In this document: positions 31,601 to 39,400 of the stretch, in pieces
How the letters are laid out: each line of letters begins with the position of its first letter
Position numbering within the stretch: position 1 is the first letter of the stretch
Made by a program: the position numbers and the translations under genes
IMG/VR virus record: IMGVR_UViG_3300023196_003068
Location: 10,409 to 74,408 of that record
From: a virus
Strand: one strand, 5' to 3'
Length of the DNA: 64,000 bases
Notes under the pieces: model-generated
Database searches by the model: none
The model's input: only the letters and a program-made list of their open reading frames with translations
Told to the model about the DNA's origin: nothing

Positions 31601-33490
31601 CTTAATTTGAAGGCGTATAACTTTTCTTAAAGGATTATCTTCTGATTTCCACCATCTATCTGCAGCATCATCTTGTTCTTTAGTAGATTTTCCTCGTTTG
31701 TTATGCTCCGATATTGTTCTAAAAAGTAAATCTTTTGCTTCTTCGTCGGTTTTTTCTTCTATCTCCGTAGATGCCTCTATAGAGGAAAATGATAAATAAG
31801 AACCATGGCCTCTAATCTCTCCTTTATCATTGGGAACTTGTGTAATATAACCATTATCACTAATAAACGCTGCTCTATCTTTTTCGACTATTGTTATTTC
31901 ATTATCCTTAATAGAACCTACAACCCTAACCTTATCTGTTAATGTTACCCCACGATATAAACCAAAATTAATTTCTGGTTTACGAGCCATCATTATTCTA
32001 TCCCCATCTCTAAATATTTGATTATGAAAGGTTACATTCTCTAATCCATTTACAAGCTCATAATCTTTAGGAAGATCTTGATGATAATCAAATGGTACAA
32101 GCTTTTGCGTCCACTCAATAAAGGTTTCTTTAAAATTCTCAAAATTAACCGGAGAACCATTCCTGAACACGATTGCCCTAGAATCACCCAGGACTACTGA
32201 TGTAATTCTTATGCCATCATCTTTAATTGTAAAAGGTATCTCGTGTTTTATATTGCTACTCGCTCTAAACTGAATAAAATTAGTAATAAGCCTTTTCCTT
32301 TCAATTAATGGCAAAGGATTACCATCTATTTTTAAATCAGGATTTACTATTAGCTCTGCAATATAATCAAGTTCCTTTTCGGATAACTGATCTAAAGGTT
32401 TATTGTGTATTCTAGCAGGTGCCGATGATCTAGGAACTTTCAGTACTGGAAAATTGGATTTACCTATAGATGCAATAGTCAGCACAGTCTCACTAATATT
32501 TCTAATACTCCCTATAGGAGTTTGTGTATTGTGATCCCTTGCAACAAACCCGATGCTACTAGCATTCATGTTTAAATGAAAGAATACATTTTTCTCAGCC
32601 AAAAGCTTTCTTGAAGTATTCAACATTGCGATATGATTATCTATCTCTGCATTAACAAGTTTTGATGCATCCTCCGGGCTTAATGGTTCTTCTTTTCTAT
32701 TCACAAGTGAATCAATTTTAGATTCAATAGTTACCTTATACTCAGCCTTGCTTACTCTTATAGGAAAAGCAGGAATCTTACCATTAACATCAGGGTTTCC
32801 TTGTTCATCGAACTTAACTATATTGCCATCCTTATCAACTAACACCATCACCGGGCGAGACAAATCATCCTTTGGATACTTATAACTAATATCAGAGTTA
32901 AGATTAGCTTGTTCAATGGTCATCATTTTAAACCTATACCCCTTGCTATTGTTAGAATTAATTACAGAAGTCTGAACAGCAATTTCAAATACCTTTTCCT
33001 GGTCTGGTACATTCTTGGAATATTGAAAATCTGCATCCCACTCAGACTCCTGGCTAATAGTCTTAGCAAAAGAACGAGATATTGCGTTATACGAAAGAGG
33101 AGCCATTGGTGCTACTGTAATGCCGCCAACTCCTAGTGAGCTAACTATACCAGTAATTATGTTCTGAAAGTCCTCTTTAGATGGTTGTTGAGAAGCCTTA
33201 TATATCTCAGTTCTTTTTTTGTTTATCTCTCCAACAAGAGTCTTCTCATTAATTGCCGGGTTCTTTAGGATATACTGCGTAAGTATTTCAGGCAGAATTG
33301 TGAAGTGCTGAATAAGAGTTTCTTGATTATCAAGCTTAGTCTCAGATAGATTAAAATCCTTAAGGGCTTTCTGATAAAGTTCTCTTTGAATTTCATCATA
33401 CGTCTTCTCGTTGGAAATTATATTCTCCAAATTATTTGTGAAGTAAGTCCCAAAAAGATTAATTGACCTAGAAGTTATACAAACATTCAT
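19697..33490 (-). CDS. Giant virion-packaged DNA-dependent RNA polymerase (crAss-like two-barrel RNAP) with zincin and C-terminal accessory domains
   Basis: 4597 aa; RIPT...LP...P.EIVAKTGSDFDFDKL (DxDxD at 26636-26650), KRNAG, DAQGW, YVDVA motifs; HESWH...EEYLAEEF zincin at ~31330-31510; SLOG/NADAR/AlkB-like tail. Confidence 0.9.
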   Translation of the reverse strand: MNVCITSRSINLFGTYFTNNLENIISNEKTYDEIQRELYQKALKDFNLSETKLDNQETLIQHFTILPEILTQYILKNPAINEKTLVGEINKKRTEIYKASQQPSKEDFQNIITGIVSSLGVGGITVAPMAPLSYNAISRSFAKTISQESEWDADFQYSKNVPDQEKVFEIAVQTSVINSNNSKGYRFKMMTIEQANLNSDISYKYPKDDLSRPVMVLVDKDGNIVKFDEQGNPDVNGKIPAFPIRVSKAEYKVTIESKIDSLVNRKEEPLSPEDASKLVNAEIDNHIAMLNTSRKLLAEKNVFFHLNMNASSIGFVARDHNTQTPIGSIRNISETVLTIASIGKSNFPVLKVPRSSAPARIHNKPLDQLSEKELDYIAELIVNPDLKIDGNPLPLIERKRLITNFIQFRASSNIKHEIPFTIKDDGIRITSVVLGDSRAIVFRNGSPVNFENFKETFIEWTQKLVPFDYHQDLPKDYELVNGLENVTFHNQIFRDGDRIMMARKPEINFGLYRGVTLTDKVRVVGSIKDNEITIVEKDRAAFISDNGYITQVPNDKGEIRGHGSYLSFSSIEASTEIEEKTDEEAKDLLFRTISEHNKRGKSTKEQDDAADRWWKSEDNPLRKVIRLQIKDKVHEKGPKYVADYIAGLITLYSGSQKTDIYHESWHGLTDSILTKEEVAEIYKEVRGLGGQFTVTVLGKAKTLNFKDATDLEIEEYLAEEFRKYATNRSAFNKKPKSKVAKFFAKLLAQLKKFFGKTTVNEVTTLNKFGPKVNAIFKDLYEGNIDISKFEIPNDPETYYSSFELGKDVDLSFDDVNITMTSMKALMHRFVVTALNTGATPESNLKAIELLTQLSSLDVSDPEFNKNYKEANKLLDGHLGKTSIRNGLGYLRVVQEPSILAAAFKYMENVFKTKRQIYMNGMNVLSIVEAEKVALLDKILDSFGDTEASINTFKDDNNTIIGLFLNNYADFYTFNEEVQNIEELTDDETDARLRHVFDRTGAEFSITESANDLTRHLLSGIPSYKRQGRSDKYKPNRLGLPQPLPFKTILGKLVKIVGNRVDADDIYNALKEAAKFDHEIRQVLKVMGDLQSADIKTVEQVQWGALWQSIAKATNRLTYHSLEKIEDEATESVRWESIVGKPKGNAAIIKGQWRDNFRNQSEINEWSIYATDEADNRQYLETYDLMGVIESFETMVHVPINASGELFHKEKDVNYDYEPFHRKQWLADPFPLLKIIGIELPETIEVRDALEKGYEELGIGKGVLHYIIESIKLRGEFASEKVSRIYDLESLFKSFDYIDPNNEKRTQPDVSGYYEQIVQLAQHLSDEYVNFTEFNANNERMSEKTKHSSMTIQAATLNNAKSYDELIGIPGMEGFNVETNPAIAGNTWFIQMFQLDIEGDKRGERNPAINITHETLSGSKVRYGREEKGIEAISSDENTKFISDMYLTLAARQEIPRSEAKATSATVFAPVKVKGEINPRKGLVVSMNEINHIFSEEYDDLKSPINSLILYNQFQGHLEGELVRIARIKAIKARIEKGETVKFDKGFLERGEDLHMFDLLLSDDVQKRLLERNIDTSFTLDSTLSFSEKKEIEKDLKRYFEKRSEELLKEKGDVKIAENKIEEYRKNDKEEVATTKERMFRAMIINNYINNVNYVTMFVGDLAIYEVAAGNFHKRNAGVISTGDMFRFDQSWYNYINTEKNNVFEMNGFAKKHMKAIGKTFKETTFDGHLNTGIIKESEHDSYFKDQYEKLGGTKKENYEGIEEADAQGWITFDTYRILSMASNNWTTTGEASQESVYQKILKGETLEPADLKVTFPVRKFQYNGNISNEDNNNYGLQMRGFHKYSLAPIIPTAYAGTKLEKLHEKMMEDGVHYVTMETGSKLSTIVTIKGKNSDGSINKNAIEDAKADDVYNKEREITDAPFTINKIHVRWLRDQIRTQSGYKGYTTLPTQWRKLVLLGIMEGGVPTDFNGTAKQWKVIEENWDSLSEKEQENKSPNYKWLTNYEDILHRMEVKLKEDLLFDIGMEEEITWVEGKEKKTYKGDTKKLLIYIQSQLEKEDLLPEEVQFISKQDGSGEMIDDLSISLVAEKIEKILTVMVDKKLRGIEVNGEPLVQVTGAMQESFEGPTAEDIEKFGDILSAGDLKSYYLKDADGNFIKDEREGAWADYKISKMEVKIGLQGKFKHLLKLKHPDGQDITVRVKDAKSGKDIIDSQASLARLNSALRDKEWFAKYEDMLTIAGPRIPTAEENTLEAMVVKQFLPESVGPIVVVPSEIVAKTGSDFDFDKLFTMFPNIVSINGSVEMQVHKKVSESFEKLGKSIDGYSTKINDVYDQIKDAKTRRINELKKVNESIKDIEGIIRAKFPQYAIQMEKLEMQMVETLQYASDVYNSVGNFKNYTRKQQRNVHAYTSSRISEIQQAIDEGIAVFDERLDIALAEIVFTSEETATIEKIKDNYRAEINGLYDKAEDLKVKKGRVLRKLFNKGMGGLENELLKSFKDRITMSNNFEALIRPNKTDLFTEGKTEEKVEGKTKKKKRKTKAQEETDLRSLADQAYALIEKSFNEFNRLDKEAGTDIARSTVLDYRMNLQKQQDNSIGIDALGIAAIATTYYALFTRFGATLNTATEKEKREHAKAIEVLENDKSTKAQIDIANKVIFEFTDYTIKFKHNKANGAISLAMAKNMDGLPISQVLGQLVNGYVDVATNPWIFKIQGNKENTPQLLLMVMAGMSIKDIAYFVSMPMIVKYNKIKAELSGVFSNLSDEFGVSPIVERSKILSKARYAMFDWFKEGDGFKDEREWKASEYKKVSALLDGNLDFSVIKDLLDEGLKAVDGKGAFSFEQFKIFSHYLEIEDLALDLQTFQDLTKFDTQKIRSISEATNRITRTTKFKSKQSAIPNLWFDEIEFSPVGIFDNDQFIIELFSKYFALRNNPIVIEKSFEINSPPGIIPQVTRNKFKNDFTLFLYQNSLFNSESYDGYALEEVQGSSDPLVINEVDKKITFGSKWMDEAQQRVSTILFGADYISSDLSQMFPPGGRNQFVRFSIEFAKLEEETKDMSNEEVQKHLYQFNSYSSGTFTRVALLYKAALYRSDDPVAMFDFRMGRASILRRLMQKHPELRENFSLIQDLRFDYAIDLRKTNIFLSDIKDADMARIYRENLIALKAHRIPAVADFFNKFGNMAIMQTGLNTGAKYALTKIINQYKLWNVIEEGIKAERVIRALKAAEKAKASGTPLESIGYIDLFTAIYDGLLSKENASRIMSRGINYMKDDLGVTIETHVVKSLTYNNVQIVNNFNELPSDSIQVYDHQWFKGNSLDLDFIEELKGEEIYILDRKIDAPEGVIQEELDQMLLTEFGIDNRKSVPYLVDLSLGQTPDNISIATIEGARAKDTSRDEAMANASTVAIGKDVELSGIPRSTTSKYIGIIEAGDYKERLAHSKTKFSSEDVVWVFGNNTFRAKEAHDLKEEGYQKEIEAVFKTHYLPKIKKAMKAGARFNIGLKDSGIEQLASDFLKEKGWVAIPRYAPIGKYMEWTNDKDLSVNNLFDPNKAPVKLDYLGLDYLFNEALSKEINSRSADDLITNESIIEVANDMKQKVKDKFKNHGDKKSDFFDRLANTDGPIEIGVSPYSTMLEKVLMEVRTVYRNTEIAKLKNQKSISVGKDKFSAKIMEVWNKLGGKTIRGKVVIVEGVDETTGHLRIFKNTRNKKVVTAFRVNKKLGFLKSFQQYNAIGNPISADPNKPGRGAQEFIGWLQGTMHTTMEQEYRTALLEAFKKGKLRGLPIEYYKNIGGPSHATVLDYFINDVAPSQSTSVKGVNIFSGSNDPLGAALTNPTHYNPRGKSSKSKGKLIGTYLQLDKGLNYAGNPLGRPYLDVEEAYFDLREEGKGGTTSRNLELITNLIEAKLRQYPFLVDKIIERGGLEFLEKSIHTYDEKDDAQAYQKGEGTWWTSDKGNHFLKTLINAYNKVVADRPEGTNNPKDFTAHSGGALGADKIWDDIAKEFGAIKFNHYYLGKVSKTNAPYGNVDITNTQIETDGKTKVASAAKEMWGYAYKTMSDSRLIRNWAQVANSEAVFAVAPIGKKGDTWSEDAYKPEDKQRKISKSESVQGGTGYAVEMAIQAGKPVYVYNDPNKKADSHLPQGWYTWDGSKFVSIDTPILTNNFAAIGSRGMSANAEEAIRDVYKATFKGKLTTSEDKLSVEVGRYVKDSKGITYIAVKKNTNGTWQVLNLKEEGAKAKKSFSEKNLTPLNSKAIQVAYKGAKYLVTPKENIISLTSNKKMKWGATDGNRKDILDLYKKKLPKTPVRVISDAYGVNVAETNPSIEKEKEFIKLIQPQILAQATKENIGARANLMFQFGLRWTRIELDADPKLEINSYDKRSRDAEVAEMKRKGITKSTGFKYAYHGLDQKGNPLPGLSVLQPIIDEVEQVLGIDMSNYDAVIGNIYLPGDKISTHRDTTESETARNYGVVVYTIGVGNAINIYEDIDKNGNPTGLASWAETGRKTEIPTKSGTIYTFGMDGKGRFEMAHDTPMAPTKGNNLPPITLPDGRVVKDYTITLTFRRASDITEGMPKAPSRTIDITDQQKDKGTALTQEDIDSLPDEIC

Positions 33491-36400
33491 TAGTTCTTAC
33501 AGTTATTAAGTTCTTCTATAATTGACGCGTTCAATTCTTCAGGTGACATTTCCGATACATCTTTTGTAGATTTTGCTAAATTCCCAAATATCTTACTCAA
33601 TGGTTCAGCAAGTTCATTAACATCTTCTTCCGCAATAGTTGAGTCAAATTTCGATGGATCATAATCTGTTCCTTCCTCAAGAACTAATTGAGCGGTTCCA
33701 ATAAACGATAGGGGGTTCATGGAAACGATACCCCCATCGCTATAGCGTTGCATGGTTATTCGCATATCATTTGATGGTAAAATTCTCATTATCCCGTCTT
33801 TAGTTTCAACAGCCTTATAATGGAAGTCTGGATTTTGAATTGCTATATGAACTTCATTACTTAGCATGGCTCTTTGTTTATCACTAAAATTAGGATCATT
33901 AATCAGAGAAGTTATAGCTATCAAATCTTTTAATGATGTTGATTCCTGGATATAACTTCGAAGTGATTTTGCATACCTATATATTTCAGTTCTGCCTACC
34001 ACCTTTTTTGAGCTCTCATAAACAACATCATCTATTGCTTTAACCCTTTCTTCTGCCTCTGCCACCGCGTTCATCTTCCTATACAACTTCATTTCTGCCT
34101 CTGTAAGAGTTGAAACATCTCCATGAAATGCCCCATTAGCAATTAGAAACATATTTGTTTTCTCATACAACTCTCGATCCTGGGCTTTACCTTCAACTTC
34201 TCCCAATCCTTCGGGCGAAGTATAGAAATCCATTTTATTAAAAGATAAAATCTCCTTCTCCATTGATGTTACTAAATGATCTTTTAAATTAGATACAGTT
34301 GCGTAGTCCTTTAGGATGGTGCTTACACTTTTCTTAATGTCGATACCCAAGGCAGTTATCTGTTCCAATTGCTCATCATTAAAGATACTATTAATAATAT
34401 CTCCTACGGACTTAAGTTTAGAATTTTTAGCAGTATAACTTCTCGTCTTTTTGCCCGGCACAGCATTCGGATGTATGTCAGTATTTTTAAGAAAGTTATA
34501 TACCATATAATCTATTGAAAGATTATTTGAAATGGCCCCAGTTGGATGGCCAAAATGCTCTTCTAGTTTCTCGGTAAGTGTTTGAGAATCCGTCTTCTTA
34601 TCTTTAATTGTTGGATCTTTTTTAAATACTCTATAAGATACTTTATCTGTAGCTGTTTTATATCTTTCAATTCTAAAAGGCGATTTGCTTTTTTTAAGTG
34701 ACGCATTAATAGATCGCGCTACCTCAGTGGACATTGTTTTTTTATCAAATGTTTCATCTAATAAGTCCCTAATTGCTCCCTTGTCTTCGGTATCTATATT
34801 TAATCCATCTTTCTTTATGGACTTATTAAGATTATTGATTTGCTTATAAAACTCATATGCATCATTTATGAATTCTTCTTTTGGCTTTAAGGCAGAGGTT
34901 GGCCATTGCTGTAGGAATAACTCCCAATTTGATTTCGGTATCTTAAATCTTACAGGAACTTCTACATCATTGCCTGCATAAACTAACTCTTCGTCTGAAC
35001 TCAACAGCTCTAAGTTTGCGTTAAACCTATCTTTTGAACTCTTAGCATCTGCATCTTCTTTCTTTTCTGATTCCTTTTTCTTTTTATGATATTCCTTTGC
35101 TATGCTTTCTAAAAGAACCGACGGATCATCGCCAATAGTAATGCTATTTAGTATATCTAATCTATTTTGAACTACTTTTTCTGAAAATAATTCCGTAAAC
35201 CCTGGGAAAAAATCATTGAGATTTTTAGCTGTAAACTCTGTACCTGGATTAAAGAACTCACGCTCTCTTTCTTTAAGCTCTTGATTTATACGATCAAAGG
35301 TATCGCTTCCGTATTTATTAAATTTCGGATCCTTTCCTTCATGATGCATCTCAATAAACCATCCATTTTTAGCAAAGCCTAAAAGCGGAACCCATTCACC
35401 CTTTGATTTTTTATTGCCCTCTCCAACAGAACGGTACATTAGAAATCTTTTGCCATTTGCAAATACATCAATAACCAAACGACCATCAATAACTGCACGT
35501 AACTCTCCATACTCCCAATCAGAACCCGCTTCATCAAGCTCCTTGCCTAAAGCAACATATTTTTTTAAGTATGCCAAACTTTTTGGATCGTTTCCATCTT
35601 CAACATCAACTACCCAATTATCCAAAGCACCTATAGCATTACCAGAAGTTATTACATGAGGTGCCACTTTGTTTTCATCTGCCGAAGGAGGTGGTGAAGG
35701 ATTATCTACTTTTTTAACAGGATCATGGGCTTTTTTATTCCACTCACTCATTGCTTTAATATACTTCCCAGTAGACATCTTACTTTCTATGGCTTTAACA
35801 TCTTCTTCAGTTAAGCTTTCCACTCTAGCCATAGGACTTAATACAGGGGGCTCTGAATCAAAATCTTTATTTGCCTTAATAGCCTTATCATCATCATCTT
35901 TTTTAGGCTTCTGTTTATGATTGGGATCTATTTCTTGAAGATGGAATTCTGCAAAAACTTGTTGAAGTTCTTCTGGAAGTTGGTAGAATGAAGTCTCATT
36001 ATCAATTATGATATTTCCACTGGAATCTGTATCAACTTTTGTCTGAACTTCAGAGCCTGGTTGAATAGGTATAGAATCATCTACTGCAATATCCTCTTCA
36101 ATCTTAATCCGTCTTTCATTAAGTTCTGCAATTTTTAATTTTGCGTCTTCAATCTTTTTCTTTACGCGATTGCGCTGTCTCCAAGATAAAATTCTAGATA
36201 CATCTTTCGTACTTTTAAGTTCTGCCCTTAATTTTGCAAGTTCTTCTTCTAGAACGGGAAGAGTCTTATTAATAACCTCAAGTTCGTTCTCTACAATTGG
36301 GGGAGTTTCATCTTTGCTAACTTCCTTTGGATCTTCTTCTTTTGGTTCTTCAACAACTTCTTCTGTAGGACTCTCTTGTGGTTCTACAGGAGGTTCAATT

Positions 36401-39400
36401 GGTTTTTCCTGAGAAACAACTTCATCTATATTCTCATCGGTAAGTGTTAGGAATGCTAAGTCTAATGCTCTATCCAATACGGAGCCATCGAAATTTCCCC
36501 TGAGCATATCCTCAACTTCTTTTTTAAGAGACTTCCACAGATTCCCACCTTCAACATCTGAAATATCTTCCACGCGAGCCATTACATCTTGTAATGATTT
36601 GTTGTTTAAGCTCTCAGATAAAAATACAGCTACACTACTAAAAATAGGATGCTGGTCAAGCTCTTCTTTAGTCCACTCTTTAGAATCGCGCTTAAGAAAA
36701 GCATGCTTAGTATCTTCCATAAGGTCTTCAACATCAGACTTGAGACTTGGATTAGCCTCTATCTTTTGATTAAAGTAGTTTTGTAGCAACGCAGAAATTG
36801 CAAGATATTCAAACGCTGTCTCACCTCCCTTATAGTCTTCAGCACTAAAGCGAACATCTATTACTATGTCCCCTTTATCGTTCATGTCTATTGGGGCATC
36901 TCCAGAATCAGTAAGAATAACTCTCGTGTCGTTAACCCCTCCCAACTCTATAATCTCAGATAATATTGCCCTCTCAGTCTGGTTTAATTTTTTGCTTCGC
37001 AATAGCTTCTTAACGAAAGTTGAAAGAGTTGTACGCTTATTCTTCCCATTGCTATAATCTTTGATTAGTTCATTGGCATTTCTTTTATCGGACTTACCTT
37101 TCTTCTTTCCCCTCCATCCTTTACCAGGAGCTGTAATGGTTTTACCTGTAAGTTTTTTATAACGCCTCGATACTATGTTTTGTGCCTCTCTTAGCCTCTC
37201 CCCTGTAAGCTGCTTTTTGGTTTTAATATCAAAGAACTGTGAAGGCATGATGCCTCTCTTAATTAAATCATCAACTTGACTTAAGTTAAATATTATACCC
37301 TCCTTTAGCAGGTCACTTATAGCATCATCTGAAGCTTTCTTTTCATAAAATAACTTTAGGGAATTCTCAATGATACGCTCCTTCTCTTCTTCATGCTCTT
37401 CAAGAGATTTTTTTATACGATCTATATGTGTTAATGAAGATACCGGATCTTTCATGGTATTAATAAATCTTTGTAATACCTTTGATTCTCCACGAAGATT
37501 CATATAATCCCAAACTTCTTGAAACTTCTCTTTATTAACAATCTCCGCTGCTTTAGAGGATTGAGTATCAGTTGTTAAATTATAAAAGTCATTAAATGCT
37601 TTAAACATTTCATCAAAAACATCTTCGGTAGCTTCTAAGTTATCCGTTAACTTCTCATACTTTTCTAAAGCCTCATCGTACTTTTTTAATGCTTCTAATT
37701 CCCCCTTTTTTTTAATGGATGTACCAACTTGATATTCTTCTGAAGCAGCTATATCAGTTTCTAATGACTTTATGCGCTTCTGGATATCATCTCTAGAGAG
37801 AATATCATTAAGGTCTGTTGTTGAAAATTTTTCATCCGTAACATAATAATACAAAGCATCCATTCTACCTGACAATTCATGCATCCTGTCTTCAGAAAAA
37901 AGCAACTCTCTTTTAAGTTCCTTAGTAGCATTATATAAAAGCTTTTTCTCCATAAACTCAGGATCATCTACCTCTAATGCTTGAATATTTATTGGTTCTA
38001 TAACATCCTTTTCTATACGATCATATGTTTCTTTAAATAACTTTATACGACCTACATACTTATCAACTTTTGTTAGAAATTCTCCTTTGTTTTCTGTAGT
38101 AATATCTGTTCTACCAAAAGCTTGATTTAATTCTTCAGCTGTATAGTTATGCGTATCCTTTAGGAAATCGATGAGCTCCTCTTCCATGCCAGACTCCATC
38201 AATGTTTCCAAACCTAATCGAAATGCTTCGGCCCTCTCATCCTCATGGCTCTTTCTATCTCCTTCCTCAGCAGAAGTGGCCATTTTTTCTCGCGCTATAG
38301 ATTGAGCGAATAAAGGATGATTTGCAAAATCACTCCAGCTACCACTATCGTTAAAGAATTTGGTTAACTCTTTAGCCTTTACTTTAGCAGTTTCATAACT
38401 CCTTTCTCGCGCTTGATGGAATTCTTCATTTGCAGTAAATCTTTTATAACCACCCCCCTTTGTAAAACTATTAACAGCAGAAATTGATGCACCAAAAGGA
38501 GATGCAAAGGTACCCATAAGCATACCCGAAGCAAATGAATGCCATGAGGCATCCCCTATTGAATCAAAAAACGCATCCCAATATGCTCCCTGTAAATGAG
38601 AACCTCCTCCAGCATATCTTTTACCCGCACCAGAAATAATATCCTGTCCTACCTCCTGAAAACCCTCCATTGAATTACCTAGAGTTTTCTTAGCGGTTCC
38701 TGCCCAAGTTAGCGAGCTAATTTTTTTCTTTAGATAATTGCTAACAACTTTTTTTGGATCTACTGCCTCAATCACACTCCTTCCCCCAACCCTCTTAGCT
38801 GTAAGCTGTAAAGATCGATGCATTCCAAATAGCTTATTAACAGAACGCATGCTTTTAAACATACCATTAAAAGTAACAGCGTTTGTTGCATATATTAATC
38901 CAAAATTTCCAGAGTAAGTAGCGTCATATGCAACTTGAGCATCGGCATTTATACCATCTAACATGGTATCATCCATTGTTTTCCCAATATTGGTTGCATT
39001 CCATTCTCTAATTTTTTCTTCTCTATACTCATCCCTAGCAAGATTAGCCTCTAATCTGGATTCAGCATGTGACATATAAAACTTACGACCATCTCTAGCA
39101 AGAGCTCCGGCACCCTCTAAAACCTTTGCTAATCCATTCAGGTCTTTGAATTTATCAGCATTTCTTACATGATCAAAGGTGTTACTTAAAGGCAATAGGC
39201 CTCTAAAATATTTACCTGTAGAACCAACTCCGGAGGCAAGCCTGGCATTTTTAATATTCTTAGTGAAATTAATTGCATCAATCATCCTATCGAACCCCTT
39301 GACAATTTTTTGAGCTCTATGTAAGTAATTCATCCCTCTTGCTCCAACAGCCACGCCTTCGGCAACGGTTAATGGTGCTCCCGCGCCTCCCGTTAATGCT

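Noticed and set aside
33479-33501. Split-intein trans-splicing as the explanation for the junction cysteines
   Set aside because: No intein-sized Hint domain or His-Asn/Cys splice junction is visible, and the Cys residues lie at the extreme termini with no extein beyond them.
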